Source of the DNA: Vicugna vicugna
Lineage: Eukaryota
Length of the DNA: 64,000 bases
Assembly: GCA_013265495.1 (NCBI GenBank)
Contig: MU058017.1
Location: 62,001 to 126,000 of the forward strand
Direction: 5' to 3'
Position numbers and translations under genes: made by a program. Positions 40,095 through 53,269 of this stretch are shown here, one piece after another; positions within the stretch are counted from its first letter, which is position 1; the number at the start of each line of letters is the position of its first letter. A model generated the notes under the pieces. That model was not told the DNA's origin. It made no database searches and saw only the letters and a program-made list of their open reading frames with translations.

Positions 40095-40290
40095 TTCACA
40101 AACTTGTAAAGACTTTTGGCATATTTTCTTTACAACAATTCTGTGAAGTTGCTAGAAGATATTAATATTATCCTCTCTCCATTTTACAGATGGTAAAACT
40201 TAATAAATAAGAAATTCACATAGTTTGTGAGAGGCAGAGCCAGGATCATGAACAAAGACTTCCTGACCCTAAATACAGCATGTGTTCAAA
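40095..40290 (-). mobile_element. MIR SINE
   Basis: CCATTTTACAGATGGTAAAACT...GGCAGAGCCAGGAT...TCCTGACCCTAAA. Confidence 0.75.
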
Positions 40291-43200
40291 GCACAATATT
40301 TATCACCTATAACTAAAGCTAGGTATTAAGCTTTGTGGAGGAGCTCTTTTATTATAGGTTGAAAACCAAAGTTGATCTGCCTATTATGGTCTGCACTATT
40401 GATGGCCCCTGAGTGGAAGTCCACGACTATCTCTCTGCCCATGCCTTCTTCCTCTTACAGCTGATTTCAACCAGAATGGACCCATAACCCAAGAGGGAAG
40501 AGTAACCAAAGACTTGATTAAGTTATCAGTTCCCAACTGGTAATAATTTTAACTAAGAGGTCAATGATCTGTAGACATAGAGCTAATAGGTGAGCTGAAC
40601 TCAAGTGGAAAAAAGCTCTTTGTGTGAGAAGAAAGTAAGTTCACTGAGAGAGAGGAAATGTAAGAAGGAGGGAAGAAAAGAAAGGAGTAAACTAACTGAG
40701 AAACAGAGGCAACTATATTTTCCCTGTAGAAAGTATAGAATTGCCAGAGATACTGCTTCAAATCCTCAACCAAAGTATACACCATTCATGGCAACTACAG
40801 CACTGGTAGCTGGGCTGAAAAGACCAATGATTTTTATCCCCTTTAATATCTCCAGGGACAAAATTCCTTCACTTGAATGAGTGTCAACAAGGATGCGATA
40901 GGAGCTGGAGAACTGTCATCACTTGTTTTCTAGGAGAAATAAAAACCATAGATCATCTAAACATCCCTTCTTGGCTCTCTTTTTCAATTTCTCCACCCAC
41001 TGTAAAGAGCTATAGGATTTCAGAATTGGAAAAGAACTAAAAGCTTGTCATATCCAAGTAGGTCAAGATAATTTCATTTCATTTTGCTCCATAATATCCC
41101 TGTGAGGTTGGGAAAGGCAGAGAATACAGATGGAGAAGCTATGGCACCAAGAGGCTTCACTTTCATCCAGATCACGGGGCTTACGTGTGGAAAGGAATTC
41201 CTGGCTTTGAGCCCTGTGTCTTTCCTTCAGCAACAATTACGTGACAGGACATATTTTAATCTCTTAAAATACTCCCCAGAGACACCTTGCCAACCTCAAA
41301 AAGAACAAGGCTTAAGATTTTCCACTTCAGAATAACCACAGGCCAGTGGGGCCACAAAACAGAAAAATCTTGAATGAAGGCAAATCAAACAAAAAGTAGG
41401 GGCTGGGAAAAGGCGGCTATTCTGGGATTTAGTCGCTTATACAACAGGATGTGTTCAGGAGAATTCCCAGCTTGCTCCCTGGTCCTATCCCTGTTTATTG
41501 GGATAAATTGCCCAAGTGATAGGGTTTTCCCAAGTCCAGCTTTCCTTTGCCAGACAGAAATAACAATACTGATCATCAGGATGCTATATAGAATACAAAT
41601 GAACAAAATAAAAGGAGAACTGACAAAATGAAGAACTAAAAAATTATGAGCTAAGAGAGCTGAAAAGAGGCCTTGAGGAGTACTTGAGCTCTGAAATATA
41701 GAATAAGGTGAATTATTCTCCTCTACCTTGGCAGGTATTAGAGACTTGCATACACGTACATGTATTCATATCTCCAGAACACTTTGTCCAACAGTCGGAA
41801 AGAATGCAGAATGGAGAATTCATTGATCTGCTTCCACTATTTCCCTCCACTTTGGGCTCTCTGCTCAGTCCAAGAGGAGACGTTGATTGGGAGAACAGAA
41901 TTAGCCATGAACCAGGGTAAAATTTATTTCTGGAAACCTTCCATCCATTCCCATCCTTCCCACCATCCCCATCCCACTGCTCAGCTGCCCTCCCCACTGT
42001 CTTTTGCCAGATTCCAGCTGTGCATGATTATCCAAGGCCCTAAATGACAAGAATGTCACTCACTAAGAAGTAAGTTCCATTTCCTTCTGAGCTTACAAAA
42101 TTAATAGCTATCACATACACTTCATGTAATCCTCCACAAACATTGGTGGAGCGCTGTCACTTACTAGGTGCTAGCTTCAGCTTAGAGTCTTCTTATACCA
42201 AGAACATTCTTAACCAGATGAAATGCAGTGAGGCTCTGAAACATGACAGTGCTAGAAATGTCAGATATATAGCAGGTCAATAAACTGTGGTGCTTATAAT
42301 CCTCATAGACTGAGAGGACAGCAATCCATGTGGAGCAAGGCTGGTGCTTAAGTAGCTGAACAGAGGCAAGATCTGACAGTGGCCTCGACCTTCATGGTCT
42401 CTGGTCAGCCACCAAGCCAGAACTTTCATCCATGGTCACATGAATATCAAGAAAGCTCAACTCGGGGAAGGCAACATGAAGTCTAAGGATAAGAGTGATG
42501 AACAAATATTGACCGGGCTCTGAAAAAGAGAGGCTCTGAGGGGATGTAGGAAAGCTTGTTCTCTCTATGCCCAAAAGACAAACAGTTCTTTTCATAAAAA
42601 GTAGAGTGAAGTCTAAGGCACACATGTGACCTCAGATTGAAGAACAGCTAAGTTTTTACAGATTTCTCCATTGATATTCAGAAAGATGCCCCATGTTTCT
42701 CCATTCAGTTAAAGTGGCATGTCTTCAGCTCTCATGACACTTGTTACGAATAAACCAGACTAGCCTGGTTACCGTCTGAAATTCTATAACAAGTATGTTT
42801 TAGCCTTGGCCAGCATTCTAAGGAGAACAGCAGAATTCCCACCACTGCAAAAGTCCAAGGAAATCAGAATATGAACCTACCATTGATAAATTTTCTCTTG
42901 ACATACACAATTTTACTGAAACTGCTGGCTTGGAATTTGAAATGCAAAGATGTTTTATATGAAAATTCTACAAGGACATATGGCTTCAGGAAAGTCCATT
43001 TTACCCCTATTGCAGTAATGCCTTATCATCTACTGGTTCTGAATTTACTATGTTCTTACATCTAGAAGCTTTTTCAAAAAGGTTCAGAGTATAATCACAA
43101 ATACAAATCCTCTTTTTCTTTATTATTTCCTTTGAATGGCACACCGATGTCCAATATGAAAGATACTTCATTAGCATTGTCGCTAGTAGTATACTCCTTC

Positions 43201-45004
43201 CTGGGTTTCTGAGACATCAGCCAAGATCTGTCTATGTCTCAGTCCATGAGCACAATTATTATGGACTGCGTGTAGATCTCTGTTTTCTAGGAAGATACAT
43301 GAGATAGAAATTGGCAAATTGCAACTGCACTTTAGAGTGTCTGGTGAAATTACTTTGGATCCTTGATGTATGGGAAAGCGGTTTGGATGGCTGGCCAGGC
43401 CAGACATTGTGCACGCTCATGCCAGGGGAACCAAAGCAATATGCTGACCCATTCCAAACCATCAGAGGGAAGGCTGCTGAACTAGGGAAGTCTCTAGTTC
43501 TGAAGGTTGGGTGATTTAAATGCTCGGTGGGGAAAGTTACTGGTCAGTTGATAGGTCAGCTATGGTCTGAAGACTTTTTCTCTTAACATAACAATTTGTC
43601 TTCAGACTTTTTAAAACCTCCAGTAGACTCTATGTGAGCCAAATATTTAGTGGTTTTGTGAAGTTTTTTAGTATTCATGTCAAACGCAGTTCTTTATAAA
43701 CCCATTTAAAATGCTGTTTCTTTTCCATATGGCATTCTGAAAGGGAACAGGGAATTGCAAATTTAAGATTGTGACAAAAAAGAATGCTCTTTGTAACTAT
43801 TTCCGTACTTTCTAAATTTTTTAAATGAGTTTGATTTATATTGTGCCAAGGCTGAATATCATGTTTATCATTAGGATTGTGATTTTTAAAAAGCCATGTA
43901 GTCCCTTGGCAACTGGAATAACTGTACTTATGGTATGTTGTAGGCTATTGGTTTTTATTTTTTACTTCATTTTGAAGCTTGATTGACTGACTCCAAAAAT
44001 GAATTTTGAAGAAGGATAAATCATCCAAGTTTCCTCTCAACACTTCTAAAGCATGCTTAATGTAACTTTAAAGTCTAGGACTCCAAGCTCTGTTTGCCAA
44101 GTTGTCCTTAGTCTATCGCACTGTCTTGTTATATATGCTGGGGACACCACATTTTCTTAGATTTTAACTCTTGAGGCTATAGCTTTGCCCATTTACAGTG
44201 TGACTCTATAATATAAGATAAATAATATTCCCTTCTGAGAGGCCTTAGAGTCCCTTCTAAGCCCATGGCTCCCTTCAGGGTGGTTCTCCACCCACAGATT
44301 GCTATGTTTCATATCCTGTAATCCCCACTCCACCCTCAACTCTGGCTGTAGCTTCTCCAGCCAAAGAATGTGTGCCCAATCCAAAGACAGCCATCTGAAG
44401 CCTGTGTAAGGTCCAGGAAGGAGTCCAGCTGGAGAAGTCAACTCAACAAAATGATGCAATGACTGATCCCATCGTATCTGTCCCTTGGAATCTGACCGAG
44501 AGATGTACAAAGTTGGAGTCAGTAGAGGGAAAGGAATTTGGGAGAAAATAAAAGAAGGTAGATGGCATGACCAAAGGATAGAGGCCTGAAGGCAGCAAGG
44601 AATAGTTTGAGAACAAAGACAGAGGGGAAACTAAATGATGAACATGGCAGAATATCACTGGGACTGTCATGCACCACTAGAGCTGCAGATCATTACAGAC
44701 ACTGCTGCATTCCGACCAGCTCCCCAGCTTTCTGTCAGTGTGGTTATGGAGGTGCTGAGATTGGTTCCTGTCCTTTCTATAACATACCTGTTAACGGGGA
44801 TGTAAGAGTCAGGCTTTTTCCATTTCTGACAAATGATATCGGAACTTTAATAATTTATTTGCTATAAAATGAAACATCTATTTTGTGGATAGATGTTTTG
44901 ATAGGTTCTATGAGGAGTACAAAGGTGAAAATCTACAATTATTATTCTCAAGGGGCTCACTGATTTAAAAAGGTAAAACCACAGAGTGTTGATGGAGGCA
45001 GGGA

Positions 45005-45165
45005 AGGGTTAAAAGTGAGATTCTGGAGCCAGCCTGTCTGCTTGCAATTAGCTGTATAACCCTGGGCCAGTTATTTAACCTCTTTGTGCCTAGGTTTCCT
45101 CATCTATAAAATGGGGCAACACTGTAAAACCTACCTCATAGTATACTTGTTAGGATTACGTGAGG
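45005..45165 (+). mobile_element. MIR SINE
   Basis: GTTATTTAACCTCTTTGTGCCTAGGTTTCCTCATCTATAAAATGGGG core. Confidence 0.92.
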
Positions 45166-46582
45166 TCAGGCCTATAAAGAGAGCTCAGAATAACTGAGGC
45201 TGTCCATGCCCTTCCCAGGTATCTGAGGTCCTTATGGAAAAGAAAGGATTTGGGTAGATTAGAAGCAACTCTGTATAAAATTATTCTTCTGGGGAAGACA
45301 ATGTTTGCCAAACCAGGTGATGTAGTTGGGGAGTTACACCTAGATTCCAAGGCAACTATCTGCACAACTCAGTGCCCTTGATCATTGGCACAGAAGATCC
45401 CTCCTCTCATTGGTCACTGACATGCTAGGGAAGGAATTTGGCTTCCTTGTCTTCCCACCCGCTCTCTGCTCCTACCTTTGCCAGACATCTGGTACATATG
45501 CAGCTCTTGTATCGGCTTCACCTTTCCCCACATGATCTTGCTCTCTCCCTTTCTCATTCCTCCTTGTACGTTCTTACAGGAAAAAAAAAAGGGCAATTTT
45601 TTTTTTACAACATATGTAACCACACAAAACATACATTTCCCTCTTGGCTCTGGAGTGTTCATGAGTCGATCAAGACCATCTGTGCTGGCATATCCAATAT
45701 CCCCCAGTCCACCCCACCCCCTAAATCTAATCCTTTCTGTGTAATTTAGCAGAGTATTTGTGCTACAAAGCCCTTAATAATTTTTAAACAAAATTGCCTT
45801 AATACGTAGCAATTGCTAAATGCAATACGGAAATATTTATTTTTCTTGCCAACTATAGATTCCAGAGTCTGTAGCTGCCTTGCGCAACTTACAAAACTCT
45901 GTGTGATGCAAACCATGTAAGACACATTTCTTAAAAGCTACTCCTTTGGGGAGTCAAGCAACACATCACATTCAATTCTACAAGAAGTGAACATTGCAAA
46001 TTATCAGCAAGTTAATTGCCCAGGGCAAGAACTCAAGCAAGCCCTATAATGTTTAATTTCCCCTTGACCCTTTTATGGCTGACATCTGATAGGTAATACT
46101 GAGTCTTTCCTGTGGCACCTGATTTCTAATTGTTGACTTGTGCTTATTATCACCACAAAACACTCAGGAATAAGTTCTACTCACAGACAGGAATCCAGTT
46201 GGAAAGTTAACACCATAAGAGCATCCTGAAATATGTAATATGGTCACATAACTATAGTCATGGATAAGCACTGAAGATAAAAAATAATTTTTGTAATCCT
46301 ATACTTAACAAAATTATTTAAGAGTTTATGAATTTTCCAGTGGATTTAGAAATATCTAAATAGTCATTCTTTTAGGAATTTTTTGAAACCCCATGAGTTT
46401 GCCACGTGATCCAATGAATCTGAAATTTTTTGAGTTCTGCTGGATCATTCACCAAAGCCGGCTGAACCCTTTGTTGTATGCAGTACATTTGGACTGATTC
46501 AGTGGAGAGCACAACAGGTCAAATACACATTTTGGGCCCCAAGAAGTTTACAATCTAGGAGAAGAAAAAAGACATGCATACA

Positions 46583-47061
46583 TGTGGTAGGCATATTAAT
46601 AGCCACTCAAAGTTGTCCACTCCCTAATCTCTGGAACCCGTGAATATGTCACCCTACATGAGAAAAGGGACTTTGCAGATGTGACAAAGATTAAAGACCT
46701 TGTGATAGGCAAGATTATGCTGGATTATTGAGTGAATTCAGACTAATCACATGTTTCCTTAAAGTCAGAGAACCTTTCCCATCTATAATCAGAGGGAGAT
46801 GTAAATGAGCAGGGACATACAATGTTGCTGGCTTTGAAGATGGAAGGAGCCATGAGCCAAGGAACGTGGGTGACCTCTAGAAGCTGGAAGAGGTAGAGAA
46901 ATGAATTCTCCCCTAAAGTCTCCCGAAAGGAATATAGTCCTGCCCACACCTTAATCTTAGCCAAGTGAGAACCACATCAGATTTCTGACCTCCAAAACTC
47001 TGTTGTTTTAAGTCACTAAATTTATAGTAACTGATTATAGGAGCAATTGGAAGCTCATACA
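46583..47061 (+). mobile_element. MaLR solo LTR (MLT1D-like), apparently full length
   Basis: TGTGGTAGGCA...CCTAATCTCTGGAACCCGTGAATATGT...GGACTTTGCAGATGTG...CTCATACA; TG...CA ends; flanks ATACA/AGACA fit a 5-bp TSD with one mismatch. Confidence 0.93.
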
Positions 47062-48632
47062 AGACATACTTTTAATACAATTTAGAAAGTGTTGATCACT
47101 ATAGAAGAGATATAAAGTGAATGGGATCTTAGATGAAGGTTAGCATGACAAAATTGACTCTCCTTCTCTTCTCTTTCACTATTGTTGTTCTTGATTGCAG
47201 ATACGTATTCTTTTTGGATTTGTAACAAAGAACATTCATATCAAAATATCATCATAAGGTCCTCCCCAACTTTCTGGAGGCTCTACAGCACAAAGGTAAG
47301 GAGACCATGCAAATGGGGTAAGTGATTTGTCTAAGATGGGAAACTGGCAAAACTGGCTAACCTTGAACCACACACAGCCCACACTCAGGAGGCAGTTTCC
47401 AAAGACATGAGTAATATAGCTAAAAGTACATTTCTGGGATCACAAAGATAGATTCATGAGAGAATCACAGTGATGGCAAACACCATACTATCTAAAATCT
47501 TGTTTTTATTTTTAAAATTATTTTTATAGCATTCCTAGAGTCTGATACCCACTTTAGCAAGATTAAAAAAATAGGTCCAAATAGTAACTCCTTTCCTGTA
47601 CTCTGCAGGGTGAGTCAAGAATGGAGTTGGAATTGTTAAGATGTCTCTGATTAAATGGAAAATATAAACAAAATAAAAAGGAGGTTAAAAAAAACAGAAT
47701 CTAAGTGGAAGGCAAAAGTAATAATACCTTATATTTGTTCACACATATCTGTAGTGATCACACTTAATATTTATATTGATGCTATGAAGGCCCTATTATC
47801 TTTGCTTTTTATCAATGAAGAAACCAATGCCCCAGAGAGTCAATGACCTGTTCCTAAGCAGCAGTGCCCAGACTTAAACCAAGGAGTAACTAGAAAACTG
47901 TATCTCTTTTTTGTTGATATCGTCCAAGAGAAAGATACCAGCCTGGAGGGCAGGTGCTGTGGATGCTGACAGCACTCCTTCATGCCCAGCACTTAACAGA
48001 ATGCCTGCACACAGGAGGGCATCAACAATGATTGTGAAATGAAGGGGTGCAGTATGGTGAATGGCAGTCCTCTCTGTGTGCTCCATCTCCAGACAGCTCT
48101 CAACTAGACTACAAGACAGCTCACATTCTGCAAGCTCCTCAAGTGATTCTAGGCAGAAGTTTTAAGCCTTTGGGACAGATTCAAGTCACCCATGGAGCTT
48201 TAAAAACTTCAGCTCTCCTGGCACCTCATCTTGCTGTTGTAGGACCTAAGTAAGACCCTCTTTGGGCTAGGTCTCACAATGAATCATCTAATCCCACTGA
48301 GACACAGGTTTCAGGACATTACAGAGCAGAAACCAAATGGTTTTACTCTTTCTTTTTTCCTATTAAACAAGGTAAAATAAACAAACGATACCCAAACTTT
48401 CCATCCTCCTGACTTGAGTGAATACAGTCCTTCACTATAAGCAGAGCTGGTTTTCCTAGTAACAGGATGTTCCCAGAGAGGAGTTGTACACATAGCTGAC
48501 AATCAAACTGCTGATGGAGAAAAAACAATAGGCAATCGAACAACTGTTCTTGTTGGGTGGAGAAGTCAGTATGTTTCCATGTATAGCCAGAAATTGAAGG
48601 TTCATGAGAATATCGTACCATAACCTTCTTAC

Positions 48633-48704
48633 CTCTTTCCTTCCTCTCAGGGCCTTGCTTTTCTTTATTATCTAACAGCACCCCAGAACAACGAGCACTC
48701 ATAT
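48633..48704 (-). other. Candidate 72-nt exon (phase 1-1), unverified
   Basis: Acceptor ctccacctctgtttag|AT and donor GAG|gtaaga; open frame (D)MSARCSGVLLDNKEKQGPERKER; no homology recognised. Confidence 0.3.
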
Positions 48705-48873
48705 CTAAACAGAGGTGGAGTTTGAATGGGAAATCTGCAAACAGTACATGTTCTCCCTCACTATAACATGTAACCTGTTTTCAGTAAAAGGCGAACAGAC
48801 AACTGGCTGAGTTAAGAACAATGGTCACAGTTTACTGAACGCATCTGTTTTCTTAAAAAGGCAAAATTGTTAC

Positions 48874-49023
48874 CTGATGGTGTGCAGGGTTCTCTTAAGT
48901 CCATCTCCAGGGTATGATTTTTGAAAGAGGTCCACAGGTTATTTGGATGCACACTAGAATTGATGACCAATGTCCCGTAATCACAATCTCCACATAGGTG
49001 AACCATGGCCAACCCTCACTGAT
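48874..49023 (-). other. Candidate 150-nt exon with Kozak ATG at 49006, unverified
   Basis: Acceptor cccattctgtgatag|AT and donor CAG|gtaaca; gccATGG start with an upstream in-frame TGA. Confidence 0.25.
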
Positions 49024-49859
49024 CTATCACAGAATGGGTGTGAGTCTTGAATCCACAACACCCTTCACTGTCTTAATGAAATAACTTTTCTCAGTTCTCT
49101 TAAATAAAAAGAAAAGGACTGGTGATGTCTAGCAAGGGTAATATTATATAAACAAACAAACAAACAAAAAACTCTGAAATTACAGCTAAAAAGAACTGGA
49201 GTAGTAACAAATTATTTTAAATGATCTGATGCTAGAATTTTCTTAAAAGGAGAAAAACAAATGTTCAAGTAGCACTTTTACAAGACAATCCCAACAATGA
49301 GGTCAGCCAAGCAAAGTGGCATTTTTCCTTGGAATTCATTGAGGTATTCAGGTCATAACTGGCTGTGGCATTTGGGAAAATATGGGGGAAGAAACTTGGC
49401 TCTTGGAAAAGAGGGAAACATTATCTCATTGCCCCAGAAGCTCTCTTTCAAACTCCAGATTTGCAGTGGGACATTTAGAGTTAGAATTTTCAGTAAAGAA
49501 GAAAATACACCGAACCCTCAGATTTCAAACAAGGGGAAAGATGAAGGAGATGATTAAACAACAAAAAAGGAAAACTCTGGAACAAACAGTCGTAGATAGC
49601 TGAATGGTCAAATAATCTAACTGAATCATAAGAAACAATGACGTCGTGTCTAAATGTTAAGTTGGGGGTGGGTGTCTTGTGCCTATGATATCATTGCACA
49701 TATTTGTTGAACACAGGTGCACTGAAAGGATGTCACTCTCATGAAAAAGCTTCATTCATCAAGTTTAACATGATAATTCTTTATCATATTCCCTCCAGGA
49801 AATCTGTCTTGTTTTTTATATTTCTTCCTTGAAAAGATGGGAGATTATTACTATCTGTA

Positions 49860-50280
49860 ATCCATCACTTGATCATGTATTTCAAGAGTACCCACTATAT
49901 GCCTGGCACTCTGCCAAGGAATATAAGAACCACAAGAGAAATAAAACACGATGTCTATTTGCATGAAACTTAAAATCTAATTGTAGAAATAGAACTTAAT
50001 GCAACTTAAGTAACAATTGTCTACCCGCTGCCAGTTAGAAGTAAAATATGATTATCGGAAACAGAAGTGAGCAATGTGGACTAGGGTATTTGGGGAAAAC
50101 CTCAGAGGGAGGTTGAAGTTGACTGAGTCCTTAATAAATGGAATGGAGGTGGGAGGCATTAAGTGAGAGAGCACGAAATGAGCTCAGAGGCAGTAAAAAG
50201 CTCAGAAGGTACAAGAAAATGAGTATATCTGCTTGGCCACTGGGCTTGAAACATATATATTTGAGATTTGGGGTATGAGT
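49860..50280 (-). mobile_element. L2 fragment
   Basis: GAGTACCCACTATATGCCTGGCACT...GAAACTTAAAATCTAATTG...TGAGTCCTTAATAAATGGA. Confidence 0.65.
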
Positions 50281-50666
50281 CATGGAAAAAGACTGTGGTC
50301 CAGTGGAATGAGCCCAGGTTTTGAGACTGAATTCTGATTTTGCCACTATAACTTCAGCTTCCTTCTGATACATGCTGAAAAAAGCAGAAATTTTAGAATT
50401 GTTTATTTGAAAATGGCTTCTGACTGATCTCTACTTGAATACTGCTGCTCAGTCTGTGTGCTTCTCAAAACTGCTTCTCCCTCTGCCTAGGACTATTTTC
50501 CCTTTCCCTGGTGCAGGTCACTCGCCAGAACTGTTAGACACTCTCTATGGATAGGATGCTGCTTCTTACCTGTGAAGAGTTATGCCGAACAAGATGCAGT
50601 AGTGTCCTGACCCGTTCTTCCCACAGTGCTGTCAGACAAGGCTGTACAAGCACAGCAGGCTTAGGG

Positions 50667-50843
50667 CAGTGGTCCTCAGGTTGGGCAGCACATTGGAATC
50701 ATCTGGGGAGCTCCTAAAATACTGATATTCAGACCACTGAATGAGAATCTCATTCAGGTGGAACCCAAATATTAGCATTTTTTAAAGCTCCCGGGTGATT
50801 CCAATGTGCAGCTAAATGTGCAGCTAGGAATGAGAACTAAAAC
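50667..50843. mobile_element. MER5A-like hAT-Charlie MITE
   Basis: CAGTGGTCCTCA...CACATTGGAATCATCTGGGGAGCT...AAAGCTCCCGGGTGATTCCAATGTGCAGC; internal 12-bp tandem duplication AATGTGCAGCTA. Confidence 0.9.
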
Positions 50844-51704
50844 TCTAAAGTATCATCTGGGAAATTCTGCTAGATAGGAATGACTGTCACACGTCAGGTT
50901 CCACAAAAGGATCTGAAGGAAGAGAGATTTGTTACTCAAGGTTTCACAACCTAGCTTAGGTAGGGCGTATCCTTCAAGCACAGTTCTCTTTATGTTCTGT
51001 CCATCAACATGGGTTTCAGATGAACCTGTTCCCTCCTTTGATTGGCCAGTGAGCAACTGTTGAGCCATGTTAGCATGGTTCCCCCAAATGAATTATTCTC
51101 AGAGATAGTACAGTCTAAACCTATAAAAAGGAGTAGGAATATTTTTATACCTGATTTATAAATTTCTCACAATTAAGTCAACATTTTACATAATTATGCA
51201 AAGGTGTGTTCATTTCTTTCCTTTCTTTTGTCTCTTCTCGCCCATGCCTTTTTCAATTTGTGGCTCACACAAAAGTAAGGAAAAAACTCAATGATGCACT
51301 GTATCCATTAATGGGACTCTTTTAGTTATACATAGATTAGCTGAAGTGTGAAAATTATCTCAAAAGAATTACACGCTCAAACTTTTCTTTTGGTCTATGA
51401 GGATTAAGACAATATGGCTGAAATCCTCTAAATAATACCTGAGTAAACTTTGGCTGAGTATCGTAGGCTTTCTGAGTCTTAGTCTTCCCGTCTAGAAAAA
51501 GATAATAATTGCACCAAATTGCAGGATCCTTAGGGTACTATATACCTCACTTATGAAATAACATATATGAAGCACAGTATGTGCAATATTGGAGGGTCTG
51601 AAAGTTGAACATTTTTAAACCAATTTGAGTAAATAGGTCAGCTTTTCATTTTAAGCAGGGGGAAAAGAAAAAAAAAGGATGGGAAGAGAAGAAAAATAAA
51701 ATTT

Positions 51705-51840
51705 GTATTATTTGAATGCTCACCATGTGCCAAACCTTATGTTAAGCTCTTTATAAATATGTTATCTCATTAGTACCTACCCATGCAACAGTTATTAATA
51801 TGCTTATTTTTGTAGATGAGAAAATTGAGACCTAGGGAGT
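51705..51840 (-). mobile_element. MIR SINE
   Basis: TTGAATGCTCACCATGTGCCAA...TTTTGTAGATGAGAAAATTGAGACC. Confidence 0.8.
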
Positions 51841-52053
51841 TTATTAATAGAGAGAGAAAGCAACTGTGCCAAGATTAGAAAACAGCTTTTAGGCAACTTT
51901 TATTTGTGAACTTTCCCTGGGCTGCTTTCTCCCCAAACCTCCATTAGATGCCTGTAGTTTCTACAAAGGTATCTGACTCTTGCAACTGTCTTCAGGTGTC
52001 TGAGAGCCTTGAGAGATTATCAGAATTTCTGCCTGTATGCACATATATATGTT

Positions 52054-52075
52054 GTGTGTGTGTGTGTGTGTGTGT
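52054..52075. repeat. (TG)n microsatellite
   Basis: Directly visible. Confidence 0.95.
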
Positions 52076-52189
52076 ATTTATGTATGTATTGTCTAGGTGG
52101 AGAGAGGAATTCAAGTTGAGTGCATTCTATTCTTTCATAGTATATTGTCCCCACTGGTCCCTGCAAGACCCATCTCATTCCTCATTTTT

Positions 52190-52984
52190 TTTTTTTACCT
52201 TTTTTTTTTTTATTGATTTATAATCATTTTACAATGTTGTGTCAAATTCCAGTGTTCAGCACAATTTTTCACTCATTCATGGACATATACACACTCATTG
52301 TCACATTTTTTTCTCTGTGATTTATCATAACATTTTGTGTATATTTCCCTGTGCTATACAGTGTAATCTTGTTTATCTATTCTACAATTTTGAAATCCCA
52401 GTCTATCCCTTCCCACCCTCTACCCTCCTGGTAACCACAAGTCTGTATTCTCTGTCCATGAGTCTATTTCTGTCCTGTATTTATGCTTTGTTTTTGTTTG
52501 TTTGTTTGTTTTTGTTTTTGTTTTTTAGATTCCACATATGAGCGATCTCATATGGTATTTTTCTTTCTCTTTCTGGCTTACTTCACTTAGAATGACATTC
52601 TCCAGGAGCATCCATGTTGCTGCAAATGGCATTATGTTGTCGGTTTTTATGGCTGAGTAGTATTCCATTGTATAAATATACCACTTCTTCTTTATCCAGT
52701 CACCTGTTGATGGACATTTAGGCTGTTTCCATGTTTTGGCTATTGTGAGTAGTGCTGCTATGAACATTGGGGTGCAGGTGTCATCCTGAAGTAGATTTCC
52801 TTCTGGATACAAGCCCAGGAGTGGGATTCCTGGGTCATATGGTAAGTCTATTCCTAGTCTTTTGAGGAATCTCCACACTGTTTTCCATAGTGGCTGCACC
52901 AAACTGCATTCCCACCAGCAGTGTAGGAGGGTTCCCCTTTCTCCACAGCCTCTCCAGCATTTGTCATTTTTGGATTTTTGAATG
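52190..52984 (-). mobile_element. Young 5'-truncated L1 with intact ORF2 C-terminus and 10-bp TSD
   Basis: ORF 52525-52902 ([13 protein letters not shown]...PYDPGIP...MEYYSAIK...ILSEVSQKEKEKYHMRSLICGI*) is uninterrupted; TSD CCTCATTTTT at 52180-52189 and 52985-52994 followed by AAAA (L1 endonuclease site). Confidence 0.97.
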
Positions 52985-53269
52985 CCTCATTTTTAAAATG
53001 ACCATTTATTGTAATTTCCCACTTCTATCACTCACGCCCTTCCATGGACTCCCATCCAGATATATTCTTGGTTAATTTCACTTGCATTCTTAGAATAGTT
53101 ATTTTGACTGGCGTGTGTGTGTCCATGTGTGTATGCATGGTGTGGTGAATATCTTATATTTCCAATTTTCTTTCACTCAATATACAATATTAATTTTAAA
53201 AACTCTACTCATATGTACTTCAAGTATTTCTTCATTTGCCACACATACTCCATAACACGCACTAAATCA

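Noticed and set aside
40420..40880. Possible very old LTR
   Set aside because: The resemblance was too weak to assign a family or boundaries by eye.
52525..52902. 125-aa ORF (and 2548-2898) as a host CDS
   Set aside because: It is the C-terminus of L1 ORF2p in 5'-truncated copies with TSDs, with no promoter or upstream ORF.
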